64,000 bases of DNA from Candidatus Fermentibacteraceae bacterium. GTDB taxonomy: Bacteria; Fermentibacterota; Fermentibacteria; Fermentibacterales; JCC-6. The position numbers and the translations under genes are program-made. Shown here piece after piece: positions 20,539 through 30,190 of this stretch. Position 1 is the stretch's first letter. The number at the start of each line of letters is the position of its first letter. The notes under the pieces are model-generated. The model worked only from the letters and a program-made list of their open reading frames with translations, ran no database searches and was not told where the DNA came from. The DNA lies in NCBI GenBank assembly GCA_041750285.1, contig JBGSZS010000009.1, positions 116,910-180,909 on the forward strand. The letters are read 5' to 3'.

Positions 20539-21161
20539 GGTTTCCATTCGCACTCCCCCTTCAGCGGGCAGACTGTACACCTGGGTCTTGCGGGAAGGCA
20601 CACGCGCTGGCCGAACCTTACGAACACGTGGTTCAGCCCCGTCCACTCCTCCCTGGGGAAGATCCTCATGAGTTCGGTCTCTGTCTGATCAGGCGTCCGG
20701 GTCGCCAGAAGCCCGATCCTGTTCGATACCCTGTGCACGTGAACATCCACGCACACCGCCGGGATGCCGAACGCCACGCCCATGACGAAGGCGGCAGTTT
20801 TCCCGCCGACGCCCGGAAGAGACGTCAGTTCATCGCGGCTTTGCGGAACGAAGCCGCCATGGCGCTCGCACAGCAACCTGGCTGTTTCCTTGAGCTGCCG
20901 GGCCTTGACCCTGTAAAAACCCGCAGGGCGAAGAAGGTCCTCAAGCTCCACAAGGGGCAGATCGGCCAGTGCGCCGGGCGTTGCGGCCCTCTGCAGAAGC
21001 CTTTTCGTGACCTGAAGTGTTACCGCGTCACGGGTTCTGAGGCTTATCACGGTTCCCACGAGGACGTTGAAAGGGTCGTCCCCCCCTGAAAGGGGCGCAG
21101 GAACCCCCATGTCCCCAAGATGAACAGCCATCCGGCGAACGGCTTCAGCCGGCGCTATCAC
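20535..21161 (-). CDS. nth: Endonuclease III
   Basis: HhH LPGVGGKTA, VDVHVHRVSNR, C-x6-C-x2-C-x5-C Fe-S motif. Confidence 0.93.
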   Translation of the reverse strand: MIAPAEAVRRMAVHLGDMGVPAPLSGGDDPFNVLVGTVISLRTRDAVTLQVTKRLLQRAATPGALADLPLVELEDLLRPAGFYRVKARQLKETARLLCERHGGFVPQSRDELTSLPGVGGKTAAFVMGVAFGIPAVCVDVHVHRVSNRIGLLATRTPDQTETELMRIFPREEWTGLNHVFVRFGQRVCLPARPRCTVCPLKGECEWKP

Positions 21162-22345
21162 CGGATCCGAACCATCCTGATGCCCCGGTTCCTGCTGAGT
21201 ACAAGCCCAAGCCTGCCGTTGAACAGGTCGACCAGCTCCTCGCCCAGGGCATCCTTCCTCCAGCCGGGGATGCCGGTCATCCCCTGAAGGTCTTCGACTG
21301 ACTTGGGGGGGTCATCGAGGAGGCGTTCCATGGTGTCTTTCGGAAGAAGCACCGTGGGCGATATCTTCAACTCGGCCGACTTCTTCTTGAGGAAGATCCG
21401 CAAAATGTCCTTTCTTGCAGAGCGACCCCAGTCCTGATCAGGGGGATCGATCCTGGGAGTGTCGGCGGGTGGATCGAGGGAACACTCGGTGCTGATCTTC
21501 ACGATCTCCGCTCCGTACTTCTCCGTGAAACCGCCGGGAAGCCCCCGCAGAAGGGCGAGGTCTTCGGTGGTGGACGGCGCCAGTATGGCGATCCTGCAGA
21601 GCAGTGAATCCTGCGCGATGAACTGCCTGGGCCGGTTCAACGAACGGGCAAGCTCCTCCCGCCAGTTCACCAGCATCCAGAGCAGGTGGTGATGCTGTGG
21701 CTTGACCTTGTCGGCCGAGCGGGTCCTTCTGAACTGATCTTCAGGCGACGTAAGATAGGAGGCTGAATCGGTCAGATCAGCCGACTCATCGAGAAACCAC
21801 TGCATCCTGCCCTTGCGTTCAAGCTGGGTGCTCAGTCTTTCGTAGATGTCGGGAAGGTACCTTACATCATCGAGTGCATAAAGCACCTGATCGGGCGAGA
21901 GTGGTCTCACGGACCAGTCGCTCATGGAGTACTGCTTGGGTGGTTTGGCCTTGCAGACGGACTTGACGAGGTTTGCCAGGCTCATCTGTTCACCGTAGCC
22001 AAGAAACGCGGCGGCGATCTGGGTGTCGAAAACGTTCCTGATGGAGACTCCCGGAATGTGGTGGAGAAGAACTCCTATATCGTTCCTGGCGGAATGGATC
22101 ACCTTCACGACATCAGGGTCCTCGAGAAGCCGCCCCAGGGCGGAAAGGTCGGGAACGGCCAGCGGGTCGACCGCAACGGGGCTGATGCCAGCGCCCGAGA
22201 TCTGGACAAGGTAAAGATCGGGCCAGTAGCGCTTTTCACCGTGAAACTCAGTGTCGATCGCAACGGCCTTTTCACGGAGGCACCTCTCCACGAGTTCGGC
22301 GAGGCCCTCAGGCGTATCGATAAGGGGCGGCTGGGGCGGCGTCAC
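21158..22345 (-). CDS. rnd: Ribonuclease D (3'-5' exonuclease with HRDC)
   Basis: AIDTEF, KVIHSARND, FDTQIAA, SDWSVRPL..YALDDV; GTG start overlapping the upstream stop. Confidence 0.9.
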   Translation of the reverse strand: MTPPQPPLIDTPEGLAELVERCLREKAVAIDTEFHGEKRYWPDLYLVQISGAGISPVAVDPLAVPDLSALGRLLEDPDVVKVIHSARNDIGVLLHHIPGVSIRNVFDTQIAAAFLGYGEQMSLANLVKSVCKAKPPKQYSMSDWSVRPLSPDQVLYALDDVRYLPDIYERLSTQLERKGRMQWFLDESADLTDSASYLTSPEDQFRRTRSADKVKPQHHHLLWMLVNWREELARSLNRPRQFIAQDSLLCRIAILAPSTTEDLALLRGLPGGFTEKYGAEIVKISTECSLDPPADTPRIDPPDQDWGRSARKDILRIFLKKKSAELKISPTVLLPKDTMERLLDDPPKSVEDLQGMTGIPGWRKDALGEELVDLFNGRLGLVLSRNRGIRMVRIR

Positions 22346-23079
22346 GGGTTCACCGGTGTCGAGGCGCCGTGGTGGCCGCACACCACGCTGTCACTCCTGA
22401 GGAAGTAATAGGAATATCCGTTGTCGGGGCACCTCCAGCCGCCGCGCTGCCCCAGTGCGCCTCCCGACCCGGTGAAGATGCTCTCGAGGTCAGGCGGCAT
22501 GGCAAAACCCAGGGCAAGGTATTCCCTGACAACACCCGCAACCTCCTCACGCCGGAGCCTGCACTCTTCCGGTGACAACGAAAGGCCGTCGCCCAGGTGC
22601 CCGGATGGACAGAACACAACTGCCCCGGCAACTTCGTAGGGCCTGCCGGAGACGGGACAGACCCGAGAGCCGGAAAGGGCTGCCTCACGGCACAGAATGA
22701 CAGCTCCGCCGAAAAGGCCGTCGAGGGAAGAGTCGCCGCCGATGCGGTACCCGGCACCGCACCTCTTAAGCCATACCACCCTTACGGTCTGTCCCGCAAC
22801 GGAGGTCCAGCGGATCCCGCGGCTGTCGGTCCCGTCCATGAATACCCTGTCCGGTGCAGGAAGGCCCTCGAGCGAGGAGAGGAATAGGGGGGAGGCCATG
22901 AGCCCCAGGCTGTCGGTCAGCATGCGCCAGGCCGCAGAGTCCGGTCCTTCACCTTCCGAAAGGGCTGTAAGGTAATCTTTTACCATGTTGGCCTGAACCA
23001 CGCCGGGGCTATGGGACCTTGCGGCCAGTGCCGCCAGGAACAGAAGGGGAAGGAGAAGCAGCGGCAGGATCTTTCTCAT
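22342..23079 (-). CDS. Hypothetical exported protein with two CP-x-Y...C-x-(G/H)-H repeats
   Basis: Signal peptide; CPVSGRPY..VFCPSGH and CPDNGYSY..VVCGHHG; translationally coupled to neighbours. Confidence 0.65.
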   Translation of the reverse strand: MRKILPLLLLPLLFLAALAARSHSPGVVQANMVKDYLTALSEGEGPDSAAWRMLTDSLGLMASPLFLSSLEGLPAPDRVFMDGTDSRGIRWTSVAGQTVRVVWLKRCGAGYRIGGDSSLDGLFGGAVILCREAALSGSRVCPVSGRPYEVAGAVVFCPSGHLGDGLSLSPEECRLRREEVAGVVREYLALGFAMPPDLESIFTGSGGALGQRGGWRCPDNGYSYYFLRSDSVVCGHHGASTPVNP

Positions 23080-24023
23080 TCCCTCGATCCCCCGCCTTCA
23101 GAGCTTCTGCCGCCCGTGCCGACGCTGAAGACGTCGCCGAGATCGATCCCGATGCCGCTTAGGATGATGCCCCACTCCTTGTCGACGTTTTCACCACCGA
23201 GCCTTATGTACACATCGACAGTAAGGTCGAGGTCGGGGTTTGAGAGCATGAATCCGCCCCGAAGGTCGAAGTAGCTTCGGTTGGAGCCCCTGACATTGAC
23301 CGAACCCCCGGGGGTTTCGTAGCTGGTCTTGCCCCTGGTTGCGAACTCCCCGCCTATTCTCACGGAAAGTTCAGGGTTGACGGGAGCCACCAGGAACCCG
23401 CACCCCCTGAGCTCAAGGCCCGGAGAGGTCTCGCTGCTGTCCCGCTGTGTTCCCGGAATCCTGTCCCATGCAGTGAAGTAATGTCTCAGGCCTCCGGTCA
23501 CATCGAACCTTGAGCCGCCGCGGCCGCCCAGTGGAAGCTCGAAACTGGCAGCGATCTCCGCAGCCATGTGCGGATCGCTCCTTGGGGGGTCGGCGCTTTC
23601 GAGGTAGCCCTTGAAGGCGGGTCTGAATGCTCCCCTGATGAGATACTGGGGAGATCTGCTCATCCAGCCGTCGAGGCTGATCCAGGGATCGGTGATGCCA
23701 AGGCCGGTTTCCTCCGAACCCGAGAGCTGAAGGTACATGGGAACCACAAGGCTTATGGTGTGGCTTGATGTGAGCCCGTACCGGCCTGTCCATGCAGCCT
23801 GCAGAAAGCTCTGGGACTCCCTGTACTCGTAAAGGCTGTCGAAGCCCAGTGTATCGGTCTCCCAGTACGATCCGGCGGAAAAGTAGCCTATTGCGAAGTC
23901 GCCGCTGGATTCCGTAGACCCTAGCACCCGGGTCAGCCCGTTGTAGTAAAGGGGGTCCCAGCCATGACACACTCCCAGGAACACTGTCACGGCAAGGGGG
24001 AAAATCGCTCTACGACTGCTCAT
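23076..24023 (-). CDS. Hypothetical outer-membrane beta-barrel-like protein
   Basis: Signal peptide, alternating aromatic/Gly beta-strand pattern; coupled to acyP. Confidence 0.6.
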   Translation of the reverse strand: MSSRRAIFPLAVTVFLGVCHGWDPLYYNGLTRVLGSTESSGDFAIGYFSAGSYWETDTLGFDSLYEYRESQSFLQAAWTGRYGLTSSHTISLVVPMYLQLSGSEETGLGITDPWISLDGWMSRSPQYLIRGAFRPAFKGYLESADPPRSDPHMAAEIAASFELPLGGRGGSRFDVTGGLRHYFTAWDRIPGTQRDSSETSPGLELRGCGFLVAPVNPELSVRIGGEFATRGKTSYETPGGSVNVRGSNRSYFDLRGGFMLSNPDLDLTVDVYIRLGGENVDKEWGIILSGIGIDLGDVFSVGTGGRSSEGGGSRE

Positions 24024-24322
24024 GATTCCTCCCGGACGAAGCTGACTGAAAAAGAACCTGAGTCGTCAACACATGGAACGGTTCGTATTGCCACATCCCG
24101 AACAAGAGACCCGGCCGGCCCCGCCGCGAGCGCATCGGTAAACGACTTCACCGACGCTTCACGCCCCTGGGCCAAAATGCCCACGGAACCGTCAGGATTG
24201 TTCCAGACGGCACCGGTGACACGCAGTGATTCCGCAAGCCTCTTTGCCCACCATCTGAACCCCACGCCCTGCACGATCCCAGTAACGGTGACATTCACGC
24301 GGACGAGGTTTTCACCGGTCAT
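24020..24322 (-). CDS. acyP: Acylphosphatase
   Basis: VTGIVQGVGFRW and V.NNPDGSV signatures. Confidence 0.92.
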   Translation of the reverse strand: MTGENLVRVNVTVTGIVQGVGFRWWAKRLAESLRVTGAVWNNPDGSVGILAQGREASVKSFTDALAAGPAGSLVRDVAIRTVPCVDDSGSFSVSFVREES

Positions 24323-24372
24323 CGCAAGCCCCTTCTATAAAACACCCCCCGAGATGGGGTCAACCTGCCTCA

Positions 24373-24408
24373 TTGACTTGCATCGCACCAACCAAGCATG
24401 TTTGGTTG
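24373..24408 (+). promoter_or_regulatory. -35 box (TTGACT) and 20-bp near-palindromic operator upstream of the OmpA gene
   Basis: TTGACT at 24373-24378; CAACCAAGCATGTTTGGTTG at 24389-24408 (one mismatched pair). Confidence 0.55.
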
Positions 24409-24446
24409 AAAAATAATATTTGTTCCGGTCTGAAAGGAGACCTGAT

Positions 24447-26438
24447 TTGAAAAGGGTTCTAATTGCAGCACTGTTAATCGTTTCCGCGGCCGCCTTCGCG
24501 GTACCCGGCACGTGGGGAGTCAGGGGCCTCAACAGGATCAACAGCGCCATGCCCATGGGTTTCAACCAGATATGCTTCAACCTGATGACAAGCTACTGGA
24601 CCGCCGAGAACACCTACCTCAACTTCCAGTACCGTAACCACAACACCGGACAGGATTACCTGTTCCCCGAGATCAGTGACAACGAACACCTTTTCAGGGG
24701 TCTTTTCTCAATCGGCTACGGTGCGTGGGACTACATCGATGTAGGGTTCAGGCTCACCTACTATTCCAACCTTTACCAGCGCGGGCTCTACGAAGAGCGC
24801 TCCACAGGCCAGTGGGAGGAATTCAACGCCCTCAGCGACTACGGCGTGATGATCAAGGGCGGGTACAATCCCCTTCCCGATGAGCTGTCAGACGTGCTGT
24901 GGGCCGGCGGTGCGGTCTGGACCGAGATGTCCCCCTCCGACAGCAACTTCGTGGAATGCCGCGACGAGCAGGACGGCACATGGTTCACAGGCCAGCCCAT
25001 GAGCCAGCTCCGCTACCCATACGCTTCGAACGGCGACGCTTTCGGGGTTGACCTCATCGCATCGGGCGATTTCGGGTACTGGGTTCCCATGGTCCCCATA
25101 AGGGCGCACCTTAACATGGGTTATGCCAGTTACAGCCAGCAGTTCGACTACTGGGACTTCAGGGTCTCTGAATCCGATACCGGATGGTCGTTCTCAGACT
25201 CCACCATGGTGAACCTCAAAGTGAAGGACAACGTCCTCTCGTACGGCTTCGGTCTTGAGGTTCCCACTCCGTCGGTCGACATCCTGTTCGAGTACAAGGG
25301 CTACTCGTTCATGGACCGCACCGGCGAGTCCCTTTCCTACCTTTCCCCTGGCATCAGGTTCAAGACCTCTTCCGGCATGTTCCTCGACATCACCTACGAC
25401 ATGATCGGCGGCGACTTCGATCCGCTGTACCACGACCTTGGTCACGAGCTCTACCAGGACAGCTCCGTGGTGGTAACCGAGGCCGACCGGGCAGCCAGGG
25501 CGCCCCTTCCCATTCCCGGAGCCTACGACTGGGGCATCAGCCTCAACGTGGGCTTCTCGGGCGACCTGATGCAGGCCGTCGATGAAGGGCCAAGGCTCGG
25601 CACCCTTAACGGGACCGTAACCGACTCCCTCACAGGGCTCCCGGTTTTCGCCACCATAACATTCCCGGGCGTTCCCGTGTCGAACGTGACAAGCGATGCC
25701 CAGACCGGTTTCTTCGTGGTTCATGTCCCGGCGGGTGAACTCCCCGTGACAGTCGTGGCTCCGGGTTACCGTCATTCCTCGACCGTGCTGTCCATGTCGC
25801 GCAACACCACCCAGAGCGTTGACTTCCGCCTTGCCCCCAACCTTGGTGCGGTTTCCGGCGCGGTGCGCGACGGACAGGGAAGAGCAGTTGCCGGCGCCAC
25901 GGTTACCATCGGGAGCACCAGCCCTGTCACCGTAACGACCAACGCTGCTGGTGTCTATTCCGCCAATGTCGAGGCCGGAACCTGGCCCGTCACCGCCCAG
26001 GCCACCGGATATCTCACCGACAACCAGAACGTCACCCTCGCCCCCAACGCCACCACGACCCTCAACTTCACCATGAGGGACGCCCTGCAGGAGGGGCAGG
26101 TCATGAGCTTCGACAACATCTACTTCGATTCGGGAAGCGCCAACATCAAGCCCGAGAGCTATCCGGTTCTTGACAGCGTTGCGATCCTCCTCCGCGACAA
26201 TCCCTCCGCCAGGATCCAGATCGCCGGCCACACCGACAGCGACGGCAGCACCGCCTCCAACCAGAGCCTCAGTGAGCGAAGGGCGCAGTCCGTCCACCAG
26301 TACCTGGTCAGCAAGGGAATCGCCGGCAACCGCATGACAAGCATCGGCTACGGCGAGGACCGCCCCGTTGTCGCCAACGACTCCGCCGCCAACAAGGCCC
26401 GCAACCGCCGCATCGAGTTCACCGTCCTCAGCATTTAG
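24447..26438 (+). CDS. OmpA family protein: N-terminal barrel, two carboxypeptidase-regulatory-like domains, C-terminal OmpA PG-binding domain
   Basis: AAAGGAGA RBS and TTG start; IYFDSGS, IAGHTD, N..LSERRA.SV, GYGE.RP, RNRRIEF. Confidence 0.9.
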   Translation: MKRVLIAALLIVSAAAFAVPGTWGVRGLNRINSAMPMGFNQICFNLMTSYWTAENTYLNFQYRNHNTGQDYLFPEISDNEHLFRGLFSIGYGAWDYIDVGFRLTYYSNLYQRGLYEERSTGQWEEFNALSDYGVMIKGGYNPLPDELSDVLWAGGAVWTEMSPSDSNFVECRDEQDGTWFTGQPMSQLRYPYASNGDAFGVDLIASGDFGYWVPMVPIRAHLNMGYASYSQQFDYWDFRVSESDTGWSFSDSTMVNLKVKDNVLSYGFGLEVPTPSVDILFEYKGYSFMDRTGESLSYLSPGIRFKTSSGMFLDITYDMIGGDFDPLYHDLGHELYQDSSVVVTEADRAARAPLPIPGAYDWGISLNVGFSGDLMQAVDEGPRLGTLNGTVTDSLTGLPVFATITFPGVPVSNVTSDAQTGFFVVHVPAGELPVTVVAPGYRHSSTVLSMSRNTTQSVDFRLAPNLGAVSGAVRDGQGRAVAGATVTIGSTSPVTVTTNAAGVYSANVEAGTWPVTAQATGYLTDNQNVTLAPNATTTLNFTMRDALQEGQVMSFDNIYFDSGSANIKPESYPVLDSVAILLRDNPSARIQIAGHTDSDGSTASNQSLSERRAQSVHQYLVSKGIAGNRMTSIGYGEDRPVVANDSAANKARNRRIEFTVLSI

Positions 26439-26463
26439 GGGACGGACTTAGATAACTTAGTTT
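26434..26463 (+). repeat. Left copy of a perfect 30-bp inverted repeat (26-bp TIR plus TTTA flank)
   Basis: TTTAGGGGACGGACTTAGATAACTTAGTTT is the exact reverse complement of 35542-35571. Confidence 0.95.
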
Positions 26464-26477
26464 GCTGCGGTAAATAA

Positions 26478-26509
26478 AAGAAGAGCCAGCAGTTACGCTG
26501 GCTCTTCTT
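26478..26509. terminator. Bidirectional intrinsic terminator between the OmpA and thioredoxin genes
   Basis: AAGAAGAGCCAGC-AGTTAC-GCTGGCTCTTCTT with A-rich and T-rich flanks. Confidence 0.8.
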
Positions 26510-26527
26510 CCATCTGGCACCAATGTG

Positions 26528-26992
26528 TCAGTTTGCACCAAGGCCTTCGAGCACTTCGAGGAAATCCTCGGGGGAACCTGATATTCCAACCACGCGATCG
26601 AGCTCGTTTCCCTGTGCATCAGTGAGTACAAGTGTGGGGATGCTGCTTACCGAGTACCTTTGGGCAAGGTCAGGCTCGTTGTCGACATTTACCTTGAGGG
26701 TTACTACGCCCGAAAGGAACTGCCTGTAGTCAGGTCTTGGAAAGTAATCGTTCGCAAGGGTCTGACAGGGTGGGCACCAGTCTGCATAGAAGTCGATGAA
26801 GATAAGCTTGCCCTCTTCGACGGCAAGCGCAGAGGCAGCATCGAAATCGTCATGGATCCACTGGATCTCAGGAATCTCGACCTCGGTTCCGATCTCAGTC
26901 GAATCACCACCGGACTGGGCAACCGGTTCAGCCTGCTGGCCGCAGGCAACAAAGAAGGCCGTCACGCATAACAGTATTGCCATGTTTTTCAT
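26528..26992 (-). CDS. Thioredoxin family lipoprotein
   Basis: Lipobox FVAC, IDFYADWCPPC, SIPT cis-Pro loop. Confidence 0.88.
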   Translation of the reverse strand: MKNMAILLCVTAFFVACGQQAEPVAQSGGDSTEIGTEVEIPEIQWIHDDFDAASALAVEEGKLIFIDFYADWCPPCQTLANDYFPRPDYRQFLSGVVTLKVNVDNEPDLAQRYSVSSIPTLVLTDAQGNELDRVVGISGSPEDFLEVLEGLGAN

Positions 26993-27060
26993 TATGTCTC
27001 CTTTCATACGATTTGCGAAATATACCCGTCTTGCGTACACAAGTGCCGGAAGGGAAGCAC

Positions 27061-27486
27061 ATGAGGCCAAAGACGCCTGAAGTTACAGTTGATGCCATCA
27101 TCGAATCCCCGGGGGGAGCCATCGTCCTTGTTGAAAGAAGGTTCCCGCCAATTGGCTGGGCGCTTCCCGGCGGGTTTGTCGACCCGGGAGAGAGCCTTTT
27201 TCAGGCCGTGCGCCGGGAGGCACTTGAGGAGACAGGCCTCGAGGTGGAGGTTCTGGCTCTTTTCCATGTCTACTCCCGACCCTGGCGGGATCCCAGGGGC
27301 GATACGGTAAGCGCAGTATACCATTGCAGATCCGACGGTACTCCTGTGGGGGGCGACGACGCTGCAAGAGCTTTGTTCTTCATGCCCGACGAACTCCCGA
27401 TCCACATGGCTTTCGATCACCGTGAAATCATCGCTGACTTCGTCAGGTGGAAGACAGGGGGGGGGAAACCCTCCCTCGAAGCCTGA
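27061..27486 (+). CDS. NUDIX hydrolase (ADP-ribose pyrophosphatase-like)
   Basis: Nudix box GGFVDPGESLFQAVRREALEETGL, RDPR, GDDA, AFDH. Confidence 0.9.
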   Translation: MRPKTPEVTVDAIIESPGGAIVLVERRFPPIGWALPGGFVDPGESLFQAVRREALEETGLEVEVLALFHVYSRPWRDPRGDTVSAVYHCRSDGTPVGGDDAARALFFMPDELPIHMAFDHREIIADFVRWKTGGGKPSLEA

Positions 27487-27490
27487 TCAT

Positions 27491-29716
27491 TCAGCGGAGG
27501 ACGGTGCACTTTCTCTGATCACTGCCTCCCGGAGCTGTGACTGTTTGGAAGTAGACTCCCGCTGGCAGGTCCGATGTGTCCCACGATACGCTGTGCAACC
27601 CCGCCGATGCGACTCCCGTGTGAAGAACGGTCACAACCCTTCCAGCAAGGTCGTAGACGACAAGGTCAACCGGTCCGGGGGCGGAAATGCTGAACCCGAC
27701 GTTCACCACTCCCGAAACGGGGTTGGAAAGGTCGTTCAGAAAGGCCGGTACGCCTTGAACACCCCGGCCTTCAATGCCGGTCGTCGTCCATGAAATCTGT
27801 GTCTCAGCGGTCGGTGAGAACCCGAACTCGGTGCTGACCGCCTCAAGCAGGATCGTCGTTGTTTCCTCACCCTCGGATCTGGTCACCGCCGGAACGAAGC
27901 AGGCGTTGTTCGGGGTTGCCCAAAGGAAGGTTCTGCTCTCGTCCGGGTTCAACCTGTATACGTTGTAGGTGTATATCGGACCCGGGCTGTGGTTCCATCT
28001 CAGCCTGATGGTGCCGTTGTTGTCATCGATCTGGTTGAACTGCTCGACCATCAGACCGCCGGGAGCGGCAGGTTCATACTGCTCCCCCCTGATTATCCCA
28101 AGCCTTCCTATGCGGATCTGGTAGTCATCGATCACCGTAGTGCTCTGAAAGCGAAGGGCGATGACGGACAACGTATCTCCCGAGAGGCTTGAAAGGGGGA
28201 TCTCCCACGTGTTCCAGCCCTGCTCCGGCCCATCGGGCACGGAAAAGTAGGTGAAAGACATTGGATCAGTGGAGGTGGACAACGCCACTTCCATCTCCGA
28301 AGGCAGGCCTGCACCGCCCCTGTTCCACGTGACGACAAAGCTGTCATCCCCCTGCAGCAGGGCATCGGTCTTGTAAAGGTACAGCATGGTAGTGTTCGAC
28401 GGAGAAAGCTCTCCGGAAACCTTCAGACTGCTTCCGCCGTAGTAGGGGACTTCCCAGTCGAGTTCGGGATAAAGGGCGGTACCGCTGCTCCTGGCCATAT
28501 ACCTCCACGTTGGAAGCACATCCATCTGGCTGCGGTTGTGCCAGGGGCTTTCAGAAAGAACGGTCCCATCGATTGCTGTGCGGTATCCCTGCCCCGTATT
28601 GAAGTTGGTAACGAACGGCAGGACCGTAACGGGTGTCATGGCTGGAACGTAGTGCGCCATCCCCTTCCAGGGATGGGTTGTCTGGGTATTGCCGGGGTCC
28701 CGGTTGGCTCCGACCCAGAACCGGTTTTCTCTTGTATAGAAGGAAGCGTGACCGGAGGCATTCGTGTATGTCCAGTTCGGGCAGTAGAACCCCAGACTGA
28801 CTGTATGGTCTTCTCCCTCGGGGAACACCCATGCCCAGTTCACGCCGGTATTGTAACCCCCGGACTGAACATCGACTCCTGCGTACAGGTCGTATGGGCT
28901 CCTTCCCAGAGATATCGCGTGATCGGCGGAGTTCTGGAGCCCTGCCTGGGTCCACCAGAAATTGAGGAACATCTCGTCGCTCACTGTCTGGCCCTCATAC
29001 TGGAAAAACCAGTCGTTACTGCTGTTCAGAGCGTTCTGCCATGAGATGCTGCCCGATTCAGTCATTGCATCGTACCACTGTATCCTGATGTTGGAGCTCT
29101 CCTGGATGTAGAGCAGCATGTCCCTCATATCCTGGGCGAGTTGGGCGTTCCCCCCCGCGGTTTCCTGGTTGATGAACCAACCGTCGAAGCCGTAGTACTC
29201 TGCCACCTCGATGAGCTTGTCGGCGACAGGAAATGTCTCGCCTTCCTTCTGGACGAAGTCCCAAACCCATTGGATCTGGCCTCCGTACTGTGTCGGAGGA
29301 AAGAACACCGTTCCGTAGACCGGCACTCCATTCCTGTGGGCTGCATCTATGACACCGGGATTCGGTGCCAGGATCAGCCCCTCTCCCGCGCTCCCGCCCC
29401 AGAAGGTGAGCTGCTGGATGTACTGCCAGTAGCCGAATGCGTAGGTGTCGATCCCCGGTCCGCCCTGGGAAGGGTTGAAGCTTGTTGAAGGGTACATGAT
29501 GCTTATTGAAGTGATTCCGGCCTGGCCGGGGATAGCGTGAGCGTTGCACTGCGTGTCTCCCAGGCTTCTTGTCGCCAGTGGAATGGCACTTCTGTTGTAG
29601 GGCGCGTCAGGATCCGAGAAGGGGCTCCAGGCAAGTAGGTCGGCGGGGTGCCAGTACGACGCATACGGTTGACCGGGAAGCGTCTGAGCGAACAGAACCG
29701 CAGCAAGCAAGAGCAT
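27491..29716 (-). CDS. GH85 endo-beta-N-acetylglucosaminidase with C-terminal T9SS-type/FlgD Ig domain
   Basis: YWQYI...HRNGVPVYGTVFF, YYGFDGWFINQET (N-x-E catalytic), WYDAM, FLNFWW; tail VYDLAGRVV...WD...PAGVYF...K. Confidence 0.88.
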   Translation of the reverse strand: MLLLAAVLFAQTLPGQPYASYWHPADLLAWSPFSDPDAPYNRSAIPLATRSLGDTQCNAHAIPGQAGITSISIMYPSTSFNPSQGGPGIDTYAFGYWQYIQQLTFWGGSAGEGLILAPNPGVIDAAHRNGVPVYGTVFFPPTQYGGQIQWVWDFVQKEGETFPVADKLIEVAEYYGFDGWFINQETAGGNAQLAQDMRDMLLYIQESSNIRIQWYDAMTESGSISWQNALNSSNDWFFQYEGQTVSDEMFLNFWWTQAGLQNSADHAISLGRSPYDLYAGVDVQSGGYNTGVNWAWVFPEGEDHTVSLGFYCPNWTYTNASGHASFYTRENRFWVGANRDPGNTQTTHPWKGMAHYVPAMTPVTVLPFVTNFNTGQGYRTAIDGTVLSESPWHNRSQMDVLPTWRYMARSSGTALYPELDWEVPYYGGSSLKVSGELSPSNTTMLYLYKTDALLQGDDSFVVTWNRGGAGLPSEMEVALSTSTDPMSFTYFSVPDGPEQGWNTWEIPLSSLSGDTLSVIALRFQSTTVIDDYQIRIGRLGIIRGEQYEPAAPGGLMVEQFNQIDDNNGTIRLRWNHSPGPIYTYNVYRLNPDESRTFLWATPNNACFVPAVTRSEGEETTTILLEAVSTEFGFSPTAETQISWTTTGIEGRGVQGVPAFLNDLSNPVSGVVNVGFSISAPGPVDLVVYDLAGRVVTVLHTGVASAGLHSVSWDTSDLPAGVYFQTVTAPGGSDQRKCTVLR

Positions 29717-29734
29717 GTCAACTCCTCTCCACCG

Positions 29735-30190
29735 TCAGCGGTGGTTCCTGAAGAACTCTTTCAGAAGCCTTGATGATTCTTCCGCCAGCACTCCCCCAAG
29801 AACCCTCGGGTAATGGTTGAGATGCGGCATCGCTTCCAGGTCGGCCACCGAGCCGAAAGCGCCGAACCTCTTGTCCCAGGCTCCATACACGACCAGTGAA
29901 ATCCGTGTCAGCAGAACCAGTCCCGCACACATCACACAGGGTTCAAGGGTCGTGAACAGAGAAGCACCGGAAAGCCTCCAGTCACCCAAAGCATTGCATG
30001 CCTGATCAATGACCAGGTGCTCGGCATGTGCCCAGGGTTTTCCCATCTCCCTGGTCCGGTTGGAATCGCAGAACACTGCACCATCGGCGGTCACGAGAAC
30101 GGCGCCGACAGGGACCTCGCCTCGACTGAAAGCGCTCTGAGCCTCGTTCAAGGCGATCCTCATGTAATCGAGACGCGCGGATTCAGTCAC
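29735..30190 (-). CDS. tadA: tRNA-specific adenosine deaminase-like nucleoside deaminase
   Basis: GEVPVGAV, HAE, TLEPCVMC, LNH, LLKEFF. Confidence 0.87.
   Translation of the reverse strand: MTESARLDYMRIALNEAQSAFSRGEVPVGAVLVTADGAVFCDSNRTREMGKPWAHAEHLVIDQACNALGDWRLSGASLFTTLEPCVMCAGLVLLTRISLVVYGAWDKRFGAFGSVADLEAMPHLNHYPRVLGGVLAEESSRLLKEFFRNHR

Noticed and set aside
26434..26463. Inverted repeat interpreted as an XerC/D dif site
   Set aside because: Only loose resemblance (TTATCTAAGT versus TTATGTTAAAT) and no 11-6-11 dyad architecture; the TIR plus TA interpretation fits better
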